Shown here piece after piece: positions 38,086 through 48,329 of a stretch of 64,000 nt of DNA. The notes below the pieces were generated by a model. The model made no database searches and had not been told where the DNA came from. It saw only the letters and a list, made by a program, of their open reading frames with translations. Made by a program: the position numbers and the translations under genes. Source of the DNA: an uncultured Bacteroides sp. (lineage in GTDB: Bacteria > Bacteroidota > Bacteroidia > Bacteroidales > Bacteroidaceae); the NCBI RefSeq assembly GCF_963676325.2, contig NZ_OY781098.2, positions 2,415,807 through 2,479,806 on the forward strand. The letters are read 5' to 3'. Numbering within the stretch: position 1 is the stretch's first letter; the number at the start of each line of letters is the position of its first letter.

Positions 38086-38475
38086 TTATTTCATTACATT
38101 ATTTACAGTTTGACTATCGACAAACTGTTCAAAACTAACGATTTTTCCATTTTTCAATCTCCAAAGATGAGTTACCCTTGCTTCGAAGTATTTGCCGGTT
38201 ACATTATATGTTCCGCTGTATGTGCCGTATGCCACCACTTTATCTTCGTCTGCAACATAACCTTCCGGAGTAAATTTATACTCTGTCCATTCTGTTGCCA
38301 GTCTATGAAAAACATTTTTGGTAATAGCATCTAGACCAATATAAGTACCGCCGTACGGAAATCCGGCAGCTTCTGTCCATGAAGCATCCAACGCTAAATA
38401 TTGAGCAAGGTTTTTTCCATTTTCCTCGGACGTTTTTCCTTCGTATGTACTTTTAACTATTTCTAAATTTGTCAT
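38086..38475 (-). CDS. SnoaL-like / NTF2-fold protein
   Basis: 129 aa with the pattern ...VVAYGTYSGTYNVTGKYFEARVTHLWRLKNGKIVSFEQFVDS typical of the ketosteroid-isomerase-like fold. Confidence 0.65.
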   Translation of the reverse strand: MTNLEIVKSTYEGKTSEENGKNLAQYLALDASWTEAAGFPYGGTYIGLDAITKNVFHRLATEWTEYKFTPEGYVADEDKVVAYGTYSGTYNVTGKYFEARVTHLWRLKNGKIVSFEQFVDSQTVNNVMK

Positions 38476-38492
38476 CGTTATATATTTTAAGT

Positions 38493-38526
38493 ACAGTCTG
38501 GCTATAAAATTTATTACCAGACTGTT
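38493..38526 (-). terminator. weak hairpin between the MBL and SnoaL-like genes
   Basis: 9-bp stem acagtctgg / ccagactgt with a 16-nt loop and no clear T run. Confidence 0.3.
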
Positions 38527-38542
38527 TATACTTACTCAATGC

Positions 38543-39382
38543 TTACCATTTCATTTCCCCTGTGTTTACTTTTGCACCAATCTGCAAGGCAGTATCAAAG
38601 GATAAATCCGGATATTTTTCCTTTAATGCTTTAATTAAAGCTTCAGATGTTTTATTCACCTTCAAAGCTTCTTCATAAAACAAAATATAATCTTTTGTAT
38701 GCTTCACTGAAGCTATATCTAATGCAACACCTTCTTTTGCATGAGCCGGAATAACAATTTCGGGTTGTAGTGACGATATTTTATCTAATATATCAACCCA
38801 TTTACTACGAGCTTCGCTGGTTTGTGCATCCGCCATCCATAAATGAAAATTATTTCCAAACACATTAATTCCACCTATCACAGCTTTTATAGAAGGAACC
38901 CATAAAAAAGTTCTGCCCGGAAATTCCTGCAATCCAATAATATCAAACTTTTGTCCTTCCACTTCAATAAAATCACCTTGTAAGATTTGTGGCAAAACAA
39001 CATTCGAAGTAATTGCTTTACCTAATCTTCCTCCCCAAACATCCAATTTTTTCTGAGCAGTTGCTTTGATATTTTCTACTGTTGCAGGCGTTGCATAAAC
39101 AGTTACTTCAGGAAAATATTTTTTAAATACTTCTAGTCCAAAATAGAAATCAGGATCGCTGTGACTTACGTATATTAAAGTCAAGTTCTTACCTGATTTT
39201 TTTATTTCCTGAGCTACTATTTCCGCTTCTGCCAAAGTAAATTGCGCATCAACTAGAATAGCCTCTTTTTGCCCATAAATAATAACTGATGCTACACCAA
39301 AACTATTTTCAGATGCATTGAATACTTCTAATGTCAATCCGTCTGTTGCGATTCTTTTAAAATTTCCCGACATTGTTTCCAT
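38543..39382 (-). CDS. MBL-fold metallo-hydrolase
   Basis: 279 aa. YVSHSDPDFYFG is an HxHxD-type motif variant, with later His residues (..IPAHAKEG..). Confidence 0.65.
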   Translation of the reverse strand: METMSGNFKRIATDGLTLEVFNASENSFGVASVIIYGQKEAILVDAQFTLAEAEIVAQEIKKSGKNLTLIYVSHSDPDFYFGLEVFKKYFPEVTVYATPATVENIKATAQKKLDVWGGRLGKAITSNVVLPQILQGDFIEVEGQKFDIIGLQEFPGRTFLWVPSIKAVIGGINVFGNNFHLWMADAQTSEARSKWVDILDKISSLQPEIVIPAHAKEGVALDIASVKHTKDYILFYEEALKVNKTSEALIKALKEKYPDLSFDTALQIGAKVNTGEMKW

Positions 39383-39629
39383 CTTGATCTTTTTTTAAGA
39401 CATTATATACTGAATTCATTTATACTTATCAACCATAATAAAGGAAACAATTTTTATTTGTTTTTCTTTATTATATATAGTTAAACAAACACAAAATCAG
39501 CAAACTATTTATCATGTTTGTTGATTTTGTATTTACGTTTGTTTCGCAAAGTAACTAATAATAGTTTATATTTGTAACTGGTTACTTTTTAGTAACTTAG
39601 AAAATAATAGTAACCCAATAGTAACCATT

Positions 39630-39956
39630 GTGGCAAAATCAAGTAAAAAAAATAACTGTCCCGTCACAGCAACGATTGCATTGATAGGTGGAAAGTGGAA
39701 AACCATCATTCTGTATTCTCTCTCGTCGGGGACTAAACGTTTTGGCGAAATAGCTGTTCGCATACCTGAAATCTCCAGAAAGGTGCTTACCGAACAGTTG
39801 AAAGAATTGGAAAACGATGGGTTGATTCTACGAGAGCAGTACAAGGAAATTCCTCCGCGTGTGGAATACTCATTAAGTAACCTCGGGAAAAGCCTCTCTC
39901 CTGTGTTTCGTGAATTAGAAATCTGGGGAACTGAGAATGTATTGGTAAAGCAATAG
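39630..39956 (+). CDS. HxlR family transcriptional regulator
   Basis: CPVTATIALIGGKWKTIILYSL...RVEYSLS. GTG start. It diverges from the MBL/SnoaL/DsbA-like genes. Confidence 0.8.
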   Translation: MAKSSKKNNCPVTATIALIGGKWKTIILYSLSSGTKRFGEIAVRIPEISRKVLTEQLKELENDGLILREQYKEIPPRVEYSLSNLGKSLSPVFRELEIWGTENVLVKQ

Positions 39957-40035
39957 CTTAAAGAAGCTATTAAAGCCTGAGTAATTAAATGGAATAAACC
40001 CAGGAGCGAATTCCGTTCCTGAGATTCCAATTATA

Positions 40036-41358
40036 TTATATAAAGATCAGTTGCACAACAATATAAATTGGCAACAAGACTATCAGTGAGAATTTGAACA
40101 TATAAGCAAAGAATCCAGGCATCTTTATACCACTTTCTTCTGCAATAGACTTAACCATGAAGTTTGGTCCGTTACCAATATAAGTCATTGACCCGAAGAA
40201 CACAGAGCCTACACAAATAGCTCTTAGCAGAATTTCTGGCACTCCGGCAATTAAGGAACCTGACGAGACTGAAGGTAGTCCGCCTGCAACCAAACCGCGT
40301 GCTAAATCATAAAACGCCACCGCAGTAGGTGTATTATCTAAAAATGAGCTCAGAAAGCCAGATGCATATAAAAATTGTCGTGGTTCAGTTATTCCAAAAT
40401 GAGCAGCATTACCAGCCAGCCAGATTAATGCCGGTGCCATAGTCACAAATATCCCTAGAAAAAGACAGGCAACTTCTGTAATAGGAGTCCACGAAAAATT
40501 ATTCTTTTTGCGAACGCCGGATTTAGTATAATACAAAGACATTGCAGCAAGCGCCATCAATACAATTTCACGAAGAAACTCAATCCATACTGGAGCATTA
40601 TTCTGCCCCATCAAAGGAATATTTCCCTTATTGATAAAAGCAACAGCAAAGACAACACCTGCCAGAAACAAAAAGTTAATATTACCGGTTACACGAATAG
40701 GTTCCTGATGAATAGAATCTTCCGCCAAATCTGTCCACTCTTCTTTTTTATAATAATACTTGTCTACAAAGTAGTAAATGGACAATAGCAAAACGCCAGT
40801 AAATGCCCATTCAGGGAACAAAGTAAAGAACCAGGAAAATTCAGCTCCACGCAGGTAAAGCATAAATAGCGGCGGATCTCCGAGTGCTGTTAAAAGCCCT
40901 CCACAGTTGGCTATTGCTGCAATGAAAAATAATATAGTATGAGTAGTGTGCTTACGTTCCTGATTGGTAGCTATTACCGGACGAATAAGAAGCATAGCTG
41001 CCCCGGTGGTTCCCATAACAGCGGCCAGCATATAACCAAGCCCCAGAAACAAAGTATTATTTCGTGGTGTGGCTTTGATGTCGCCCGAAACATGAATACC
41101 TCCAGTGATAATAAATAATGAGCCCAGCAAAATAATAAAAGGAACATAATCATGAACCACTGTGTTAACCAGATTTGCAGAAAGTCCGTTTGCCAGCATG
41201 TAAATAACTACAGGAGAACTAAGAACAAGAGAGACCAGCAACTTATTTTTATTTTTATCCCACCATTTTCCGGCAATAAGCGGACCAACAGCAATGGCTA
41301 AAAGCATTATTACAAAAGGAACTGAAACCCACAAAGGTATATTGAAAGTATATTCCAT
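40036..41358 (-). CDS. ArsB/NhaD-superfamily ion transporter (sodium:proton antiporter-like)
   Basis: 440 aa with about 11-12 TM helices. Family assigned by recall of similar Bacteroidales annotations. Substrate unknown. Confidence 0.5.
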   Translation of the reverse strand: MEYTFNIPLWVSVPFVIMLLAIAVGPLIAGKWWDKNKNKLLVSLVLSSPVVIYMLANGLSANLVNTVVHDYVPFIILLGSLFIITGGIHVSGDIKATPRNNTLFLGLGYMLAAVMGTTGAAMLLIRPVIATNQERKHTTHTILFFIAAIANCGGLLTALGDPPLFMLYLRGAEFSWFFTLFPEWAFTGVLLLSIYYFVDKYYYKKEEWTDLAEDSIHQEPIRVTGNINFLFLAGVVFAVAFINKGNIPLMGQNNAPVWIEFLREIVLMALAAMSLYYTKSGVRKKNNFSWTPITEVACLFLGIFVTMAPALIWLAGNAAHFGITEPRQFLYASGFLSSFLDNTPTAVAFYDLARGLVAGGLPSVSSGSLIAGVPEILLRAICVGSVFFGSMTYIGNGPNFMVKSIAEESGIKMPGFFAYMFKFSLIVLLPIYIVVQLIFI

Positions 41359-41452
41359 CTTTAATGATGATTAGTTTGAGACTGCAAAGGTACTGCTTTT
41401 TTCAATAAAATGTGTAACGAACAGCCCATTTAGCACATCCTTGACAGTATCT

Positions 41453-41989
41453 TTATCGCTTGGAAGAGTTTATTTTCTTAAGTACATTTCTGATGCAGTT
41501 TTTTACTCCGGTAGAGAAATATTCCATTTCAGCATTTTCCAGATAGAGGCTAATCTCACTGAGAAGTTCTGGCTCTTTCAAGGCTATTTTATAAGCTAGT
41601 TTCACACTGAGAGCCTGAATGGCTATTGCTTCATCCGGTGAAAGCATCTTTTCCAGACAGAAATTATAAAGTTCAACAGGGAATTCAGAAGGTACCGGAA
41701 GATTATACAGAATGGAAAGGAACAAACGCTTAGTTCCGCTATGTTTCGTGGAAAAAGTAAGTTGGGTTATCTCCTCATATTTAGGAATAAACCATTCCGG
41801 ATTAGACTCGCTAAGCTTTTCGCAAGCCCATGCTGCCCGCCAGGAAATCTTTGTATCCTGACTTTTAATTAAACTATATAGTTGTCCAAAATCTTCCGGA
41901 GAGTTTTGCACGGATACAACAATTGCATCTACAAAATTCCGGGAGAGTTTGGACGACAATCTTTCCTCAAAGTTTGCTATTCTTTCCAT
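41453..41989 (-). CDS. hypothetical all-alpha protein
   Basis: 178-aa ORF with helical-repeat-like composition. No family recognised. Confidence 0.4.
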   Translation of the reverse strand: MERIANFEERLSSKLSRNFVDAIVVSVQNSPEDFGQLYSLIKSQDTKISWRAAWACEKLSESNPEWFIPKYEEITQLTFSTKHSGTKRLFLSILYNLPVPSEFPVELYNFCLEKMLSPDEAIAIQALSVKLAYKIALKEPELLSEISLYLENAEMEYFSTGVKNCIRNVLKKINSSKR

Positions 41990-42112
41990 ACCAACTCATA
42001 ATAAACAAGTTATTTCAGATTCCTGTCATCTTCAACTCTAAATCTATCATCAATGAATTTCGAAATAACAAAATTCATTGATTTATTAATCTACATTATT
42101 AGCATTTTATTA

Positions 42113-42883
42113 TCAAGAGCTTAAATACTTATCTTTTTGTTGTCTGAATTCATCCTCTGTCAAAATGCCTTTTTGCTTCAGTTCAAATAACATTTCAAGT
42201 TTATCTGCAATACATTCATCTTTTCTCAAATCATCTTTATCATCTCCCATAAACCATGAAGCAATAAACCCTGTAAATGTGCCAAATAAACCAACGCCGG
42301 AAACCATTAAACATGCAGCAATCATTCTACCTTCGATTGTAACAGGATATTTATCTCCATATCCAACTGTAGTTACTGTAGTAAAAGCCCACCAAATAGC
42401 ATCATCAGCCGTTTTTATATTTGCAGAAGAATCTTTTTCTACTTGCAAAATAGAAATAGAGCCAAAAATAATAGTTAAAGCTGCTATAAAAGCTACAGAA
42501 GCAAAAGTTCCTTGCATTCTTGATTTAAATAAATGTGCGGTAATATAACGAATGGATCTAAAAGCTCTTAAAACTCTTAAGACTCTTATCAATCGGATTA
42601 ATCTTCCGTAACGGAAAATTCGAAAAGTAGGGATGCTTGAAATTAAATCAATCCATCCGTATTTCATAAATTTCAATTTAGACGGAGCCTTATAAAAACG
42701 ATATAAAAATTCAAAGATAAAAATGACACATATTCCATTATCAATATTTTCTAAAAGCAGAGACATTTCTTTTGGTAATTTAAAGAAAGAATCTATTAAT
42801 AAGGCTATCAATACGTAAATTGATAATACAAGTATTATTAAATCAAGAAAACTAACTGAAGGATATTTTTTACTAGCTTCCAT
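42113..42883 (-). CDS. voltage-gated-like K+ channel with C-terminal SHOCT-like tail
   Basis: S4-like RLIRLIRVLRVLRAFRSIR, selectivity filter TTVGYGD and a C-terminal LEMLFELKQKGILTEDEFRQQKDKYL. Confidence 0.8.
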   Translation of the reverse strand: MEASKKYPSVSFLDLIILVLSIYVLIALLIDSFFKLPKEMSLLLENIDNGICVIFIFEFLYRFYKAPSKLKFMKYGWIDLISSIPTFRIFRYGRLIRLIRVLRVLRAFRSIRYITAHLFKSRMQGTFASVAFIAALTIIFGSISILQVEKDSSANIKTADDAIWWAFTTVTTVGYGDKYPVTIEGRMIAACLMVSGVGLFGTFTGFIASWFMGDDKDDLRKDECIADKLEMLFELKQKGILTEDEFRQQKDKYLSS

Positions 42884-42940
42884 AACTAATCTTTAAATAA
42901 TTAATAAATACGATTCATAGCATCATCCCATTTAGGAGTG

Positions 42941-43393
42941 TTATTTATGAAGCAAAATTTTCTCACTAATTAAAACAGCGCTACGAACGTATTCTGAACA
43001 ATGCGTTCTAAAAAGACTCAGTTCACAAACTTTTGCATATCCTTCAGGAGTACTCATATCAATGCCATCAAGTAAATCTTTACAGCAAATTGATCCGTGC
43101 TTTTTCCTGAATTCTGTTATAAAATGAGTAGTTAAATCATAAGTGTATGATTTTTGATCTGTATTGCCATTCTCATCCATACCATATTTCAGACCAATAG
43201 CCATCAATGCTCCTGTTACAGCACCACACATTTCCTGTCGATAAGCAACTCCTGAGCCAAAAGGTGTTGCTATTCTGAAACAAGAACTTTTACTAATATT
43301 TAGTTCTTCAGAAAAGACTGATAGAACAGACTGTGCACAATTATACTTTTTACTAAAGATTTCTACGGCTTCTGTTGATTTATCCATTTCCAT
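42941..43393 (-). CDS. C_GCAxxG_C_C family protein
   Basis: YNCAQSVL...EMCGAVTGALMAIG...CC...C motif set, 150 aa. Confidence 0.7.
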   Translation of the reverse strand: MEMDKSTEAVEIFSKKYNCAQSVLSVFSEELNISKSSCFRIATPFGSGVAYRQEMCGAVTGALMAIGLKYGMDENGNTDQKSYTYDLTTHFITEFRKKHGSICCKDLLDGIDMSTPEGYAKVCELSLFRTHCSEYVRSAVLISEKILLHK

Positions 43394-43483
43394 AATTCAA
43401 ATCTTTATGTAAAAGTAGTAAACATTTATATTCAAAATCAAAATTGAAGTATAATAATAACACTTAATAAGCATTATAAAAAA

Positions 43484-43520
43484 GAAATCAGGAAGAAAGT
43501 TTCATATTCTCCCTGATTTC
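43484..43520 (-). terminator. hairpin terminator after the GH39 gene
   Basis: 12-bp stem with one mismatch (gaaatcaggaag / ctccctgatttc). On the minus strand it is followed by tttttt. Confidence 0.5.
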
Positions 43521-43569
43521 ATTAACCGACACAAGTATAATCTGAATGTTTAAAAATCAATTAGCAATA

Positions 43570-45234
43570 TTATAACTTAACCAAATTCAGTAAATAAACA
43601 TCGTTTTCACGAAGATCCATTTCTTTTGTAAACGTAATGCCAGCCTTCACTTTTACAATTTCTTTTGAGACTGGTGAACCATCATTGAGTTTCTTTATCT
43701 GCTCAACCTGTTGTCTTGTAAGCTGGTTAGGCTTGCCCATATCAAGATAAGTTGTATAAGTATCGTTGGTGCGGTATCCTACTTTATACAGTTCGAGTAC
43801 ATAATCGCCTTCGGGAACATTGGATACAGCTACTTTCACCTTTCCTTTTGACTTTGCAGGCAGATCGCGTACATAATACACCTGATTATTTACTGAATCT
43901 CCGGGATGAGTATTGGTAAAGTCCCATAAAAGTATCTGCATATTACCTTTGGCATCTTTGCATACCCATGAACAGGAGTCTTTATTAACGAGTTCCGTAT
44001 TACCTAGTTTATTGATAAATTTAAAAGAGTAGAAAGCAGGTTTATTTATGCCTTGGGTGTTCAGCAATCCGAATCCGCCATGGAAAGGAGTGAAACGCGG
44101 ACCAGCTTCTTCAAAGATATCAGTAAAAACCCAATATGACATTGAAGTGGCTGCTGTACCTACTTTCTTAAGTCTATCGAGTATATAGGCTGCCTGATGA
44201 TAGCTGTCGTGCATAGGATCGGCCGGTGTATAAGAAGAGCTCCATTCTGTATAGTGTAATTCCAGTCCGGGCATGGCAGATTGTGATATCTGCTTACGGG
44301 AATTAAGAACATCACCGCTGACCGACATAGGATCTTTACTAAGAACAGTTCCGGAATTCCCAAATTCATCTAAAAAGCCTTGCTTTACTCCATAGGCATG
44401 AGTACTGATAAAGTCGAGCGGAAGACCGTTCTCTTTACAGAAACTAATCATCTCAGGCACCCATGCGGCACCGGCAGTAGCCGGACCACCAACCTTATAT
44501 TCATTATTTACCGACTTTATCGCATTTACGCTGTAAGTATATAATTTGAAATATTCAGCTTGTGTTCCGGCCCAGAAACCATCCAGGTTTGGCTCATTCC
44601 ACACTTCAAAATACCAGCTCTTAACTTCGTCTGTTCCGTAACGCTGAGTAAAATGAAGAGTAAGATTGCGCATCAGATCTCCCCACTTATTATAATCCTT
44701 AGGAGGAGTAACGTTGCCTCTCCACCAGAAAATAGTTTTAGAGCCACTAGCCAAAGCAGATGGCATAAAGCCTAATTCCACAAAAGGTTTTATACCTATA
44801 CTCAATAAATAATCATATAAAGCATCAATATACTGGAAATTATATTCAGGGTTTCCATTTCTATCTTCTTTGTAAACAGCCATATCGTCAGAAAGCAGCC
44901 CATGCATACGGATGTATTTAAAATCGCACGACTTCTTTACATAAGCAAGCTGCTGCTGCCAGTCGGCACGCAATCCTTCATTGGCACGACCTGCTCCAAT
45001 ACATTCCAGGGGCATTCTGTTGAATGAACCTTTTTCTTTCGTAAAATCAACTATTAATTCTCTGGCATCCGACTTTTTGGACACCTTATTTTTAGGAGGA
45101 AGCTGTGAGTAAGAATTCTGGAGAGCTACAAGGAAGATTGCCAGCAACAAGAACTTTAAATTACTCTTTTGTTTTTTAACTTTGTGAAGTTTCTCACATA
45201 ATGAATTTTGTTCTGTGAAATGTAAGTTAGACAT
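43570..45234 (-). CDS. glycoside hydrolase family 39 (beta-xylosidase-like)
   Basis: 554 aa. ECIGAGRANEGLRADWQQQL...FKYIRMHGLL and WYFEVWNEPN (acid/base Glu) resemble GH39 XynB-type enzymes. Confidence 0.7.
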   Translation of the reverse strand: MSNLHFTEQNSLCEKLHKVKKQKSNLKFLLLAIFLVALQNSYSQLPPKNKVSKKSDARELIVDFTKEKGSFNRMPLECIGAGRANEGLRADWQQQLAYVKKSCDFKYIRMHGLLSDDMAVYKEDRNGNPEYNFQYIDALYDYLLSIGIKPFVELGFMPSALASGSKTIFWWRGNVTPPKDYNKWGDLMRNLTLHFTQRYGTDEVKSWYFEVWNEPNLDGFWAGTQAEYFKLYTYSVNAIKSVNNEYKVGGPATAGAAWVPEMISFCKENGLPLDFISTHAYGVKQGFLDEFGNSGTVLSKDPMSVSGDVLNSRKQISQSAMPGLELHYTEWSSSYTPADPMHDSYHQAAYILDRLKKVGTAATSMSYWVFTDIFEEAGPRFTPFHGGFGLLNTQGINKPAFYSFKFINKLGNTELVNKDSCSWVCKDAKGNMQILLWDFTNTHPGDSVNNQVYYVRDLPAKSKGKVKVAVSNVPEGDYVLELYKVGYRTNDTYTTYLDMGKPNQLTRQQVEQIKKLNDGSPVSKEIVKVKAGITFTKEMDLRENDVYLLNLVKL

Positions 45235-45340
45235 AAGATTTGTGTGTTTTGTTTATTTCAGAATGCAAATATATATAAAATCTGACCAATGCGGGTACTA
45301 AAATGTTACTAATAAGTAGCCGAAATGTATTTTAAAGAGT

Positions 45341-45390
45341 AAAAAAAGCCGCTGCCTTCATGATGATTATACCATACAGAGTGCAGCGGC
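45341..45390 (-). terminator. terminator of the MFS efflux operon
   Basis: 8-bp GC stem gccgctgc / gcagcggc. On the minus strand it is followed by a 7-nt T run. The loop is long. Confidence 0.5.
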
Positions 45391-45404
45391 CTGAAAAATA
45401 TTAT

Positions 45405-46718
45405 TTAATAAATATGCTTTCCTACTGCAACTTTCAGTTTCAGAATACAAACAAGTTGGTCTAACTTCGATTTAAGCAATTGAAGACGGCTTTCAGAAAC
45501 AGATGTTTCTGAATCGAGCAAATCAAGATTGGTTATAGCACCACTCTTATAACTTACTTTTGCCAGATCAAAGGCTTGCATGGCATGAGCCAGCTGAATA
45601 TCGAACTGTTCAACCTTCTTCTTAGCAGCAATAATCTGCGACTGAGCCTCAACCACCTCATTGGTAATCATTCTTTTGGCAATCTCTGTTTCATATTCAG
45701 AACTTATAAGATTTGATTTTGAGATCTGAAGATTGTTCTTTGTTCTTTTGGCATCGAAAAGAGGAACTTTCACCCCTACTCCTACTACAAAATTACCTTT
45801 CAACTGATTCAGGTCAGGAGAATATCCGTTTTTAAATCCGGCAGTACCAAAAGCATTGATAACAGGATTGTTAACTGACTTTATAACTGTATAGTTAAGA
45901 TGTTCAAGCTCTGTTTTCTCCTTTGCCAGTTTTATCTCTTCTCTGTGCTCAATGGCATAGTTTACAGATGACTCTTCTGCTGAAAGAGTTTCAGTAGACA
46001 GTGAAGAAGTTACTCTGTGCTGAGTTTCTTCCGGAAGTCCTAATAAGGTATTAAGAACGGTTTGCTGGGTACGGTAAGAAGCTTCAAGATCATATTTCTG
46101 ACTTTCAATAGAGGAAATCTTTACCTGTGTGGTAAGTATTTCATATTTTGTGGCAGAACCTGTTTCGCTCTTCTTCTGAACTGTTTTTAAATGATTCTGT
46201 AAGTTACGCAGCTCCTCATTTTTTATATCAATGGCATTCTGAATGTAAACCAACGTGTAATAGTTGTTGGTTACAAGCATTGAAAGATTCTGCTTAATCT
46301 GGTCAATTGAGATTTTATTTATCTCTCTCTTTTTGCTTTCTACATCAACAGATTTGGAAGTCTTTCCAAAATCATAGATGGTTTGGTTTACATTGATTCC
46401 TGCATTATAGTTATCGTACGGATTTAACTGGAACGTTCCGAATTCAGGAAAAGTAACCTTGGTTACCGGACCTACACGAGAATACGTAGCATTAAAATCG
46501 ACCGTTGGCAGATAAGCCGATTTAGCTAGTTCAATTTTGGCTTTAGCACCATTGAGCACTTCTTCTGCCTCCTTCACTGAAGGATGGCTCTGGATCACTC
46601 TTGCCATCACATCCTGAAATGACAAGGAATCCGGTTGCTGTTGCTGGGCAGATGCAGAAAAAGTACATCCTGCAGCAAGCCCCAACACAAATGTTATTTT
46701 ATATATTTGATTAATCAT
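45405..46718 (-). CDS. TolC family outer-membrane efflux protein
   Basis: 437 aa with a signal peptide (...SASAQ) and OEP repeats. Last gene of the TetR-HlyD-MFS-TolC cluster. Confidence 0.85.
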   Translation of the reverse strand: MINQIYKITFVLGLAAGCTFSASAQQQQPDSLSFQDVMARVIQSHPSVKEAEEVLNGAKAKIELAKSAYLPTVDFNATYSRVGPVTKVTFPEFGTFQLNPYDNYNAGINVNQTIYDFGKTSKSVDVESKKREINKISIDQIKQNLSMLVTNNYYTLVYIQNAIDIKNEELRNLQNHLKTVQKKSETGSATKYEILTTQVKISSIESQKYDLEASYRTQQTVLNTLLGLPEETQHRVTSSLSTETLSAEESSVNYAIEHREEIKLAKEKTELEHLNYTVIKSVNNPVINAFGTAGFKNGYSPDLNQLKGNFVVGVGVKVPLFDAKRTKNNLQISKSNLISSEYETEIAKRMITNEVVEAQSQIIAAKKKVEQFDIQLAHAMQAFDLAKVSYKSGAITNLDLLDSETSVSESRLQLLKSKLDQLVCILKLKVAVGKHIY

Positions 46719-46730
46719 AATCTGATTCTA

Positions 46731-48329
46731 TTATACATTGTTATTCTTTCTGCGTAATAAAAACACAGGAGCACTTCCCAGAATAGTAATAACGGCCACC
46801 AGTAAAAAGTCGTCGTCAACGCCCTGGATATATGCCTGCTTAGCTATGTTTGACACCAGCAATGTTTGCCCTTGCTGAGCGGCGACTGCAGGAGTACTTC
46901 CCACTGTTTGTTGTGCATAGTTCTGAAGTCCGTTCTTAACCTGCACATAAGCAGGAGAATATGGCTGGATAGCTTCACTATATAACTCGTTGTGATAGGT
47001 GACTCTGGTAGTGAGCACTGTTGTAAGTATTGCCACTCCAAGACTACCCCCGATCTGGCGGATTGTATTTGTCACACCTGATGCCTGAGCCATTTTCTCA
47101 CGCGGAATCTGTGACAAAGACAGAGTGCTAAGCGGGGTAAAAATAATCCCTAAAGCAAATCCGCGGATATACAGTCCTAGCATTATATATGACCGTTCTG
47201 TGAGAAAAGAGAACGAAGAGTTTAAATAAAAACTGAATGCAAGCATCGCTACTCCGAGTATTATCATCCATTTTGGATTTATTTTATTTCCCAGAAATCC
47301 GGATATAGGCGACATTGTTCCCTGAATGATACCCACCGGAAGAAATACTGCTCCGGCCTGCAGGGCTGTATATCCTAATGAGTTCTGAAGATAGAGAGGC
47401 AATAAAAAAGTACTTCCAAACATCCCGATACTGAACATCAGCATAATAAGCGAACAGATACCAAAGTTTCGGCCGGCAAGCAGTCGCAAATCAAGCAAAG
47501 GCTCATCAACAGTAAACTCTGTTGTGACGAATACCACCATGGCTATCAAAGAAATGGCAAAGCAAACCAACAGATAAGGAGCTCCCCATCCGTCAGAATT
47601 GGTTGCGGCATTACCTTGAGAAAGAGCATAAAGAAGTAAGGGCAGAAATATCACTGCAGAAATGAATCCAACAAGGTCAAACTTGCGTACCTTTTTACTT
47701 TTATATTCACTCTGTATAATCAGTGTTGCAGCCATTCCTATAACACCAATAGGTACATTCACATCAAAAATCAGCTGCCAGCTGAAATTATCGACAAGAT
47801 ATCCCCCGATAAGTGGTCCGAATGATACTGATGCAGCAGCGGCAATAGCCCAGAATCCCAAAGCCAGTCCACGTTGCTTGGGCGGGAACTCTCTTGAAAT
47901 AATAGCCATACCTAAAGGCTGTATTGCTCCGGCACCAAATCCTTGAATTACACGGGAAATAATAAGCATATCTTCATTACCCGACATTCCACAAAGCAAA
48001 GACCCAAAGGTAAATAGCACCAGACCGATAAAATACATGCGCTTGTATCCGAACTTATCAGCCATCCAGCCTGATGTTGGCAACATTACAGCCATAGCAA
48101 GCATATAAGCCGTGGATACCCATTCTATTTTATCAATTCCCACTCCAAAGGAAGTCATGATCTTGGGTAAAGCTACATTTACGATTGTTGAATCGAGCAC
48201 AGCCATGAATGTTCCAATCATGATATTACCTAACAACCACCACTTGTACTCTTTGTGCTGGGGATGAAATGCTGAGTCCCGGTTTCTTACTTTCCGACGA
48301 AACCGGTGAGCAAGCGTTACTTCTTTCAT
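46731..48329 (-). CDS. MFS DHA2 (EmrB/QacA-type, 14-TM) drug:H+ antiporter
   Basis: 532 aa with motifs ...GWMADKFGYKR... and 14 predicted helices. Confidence 0.85.
   Translation of the reverse strand: MKEVTLAHRFRRKVRNRDSAFHPQHKEYKWWLLGNIMIGTFMAVLDSTIVNVALPKIMTSFGVGIDKIEWVSTAYMLAMAVMLPTSGWMADKFGYKRMYFIGLVLFTFGSLLCGMSGNEDMLIISRVIQGFGAGAIQPLGMAIISREFPPKQRGLALGFWAIAAAASVSFGPLIGGYLVDNFSWQLIFDVNVPIGVIGMAATLIIQSEYKSKKVRKFDLVGFISAVIFLPLLLYALSQGNAATNSDGWGAPYLLVCFAISLIAMVVFVTTEFTVDEPLLDLRLLAGRNFGICSLIMLMFSIGMFGSTFLLPLYLQNSLGYTALQAGAVFLPVGIIQGTMSPISGFLGNKINPKWMIILGVAMLAFSFYLNSSFSFLTERSYIMLGLYIRGFALGIIFTPLSTLSLSQIPREKMAQASGVTNTIRQIGGSLGVAILTTVLTTRVTYHNELYSEAIQPYSPAYVQVKNGLQNYAQQTVGSTPAVAAQQGQTLLVSNIAKQAYIQGVDDDFLLVAVITILGSAPVFLLRRKNNNV

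Noticed and set aside
39566-40030. 154-aa minus-strand ORF overlapping the second HxlR gene
   Set aside because: The plus-strand frame carries the diagnostic HxlR motif (CPVTATIALIGGKWK...RVEYSLS). The antisense translation has no recognisable features.
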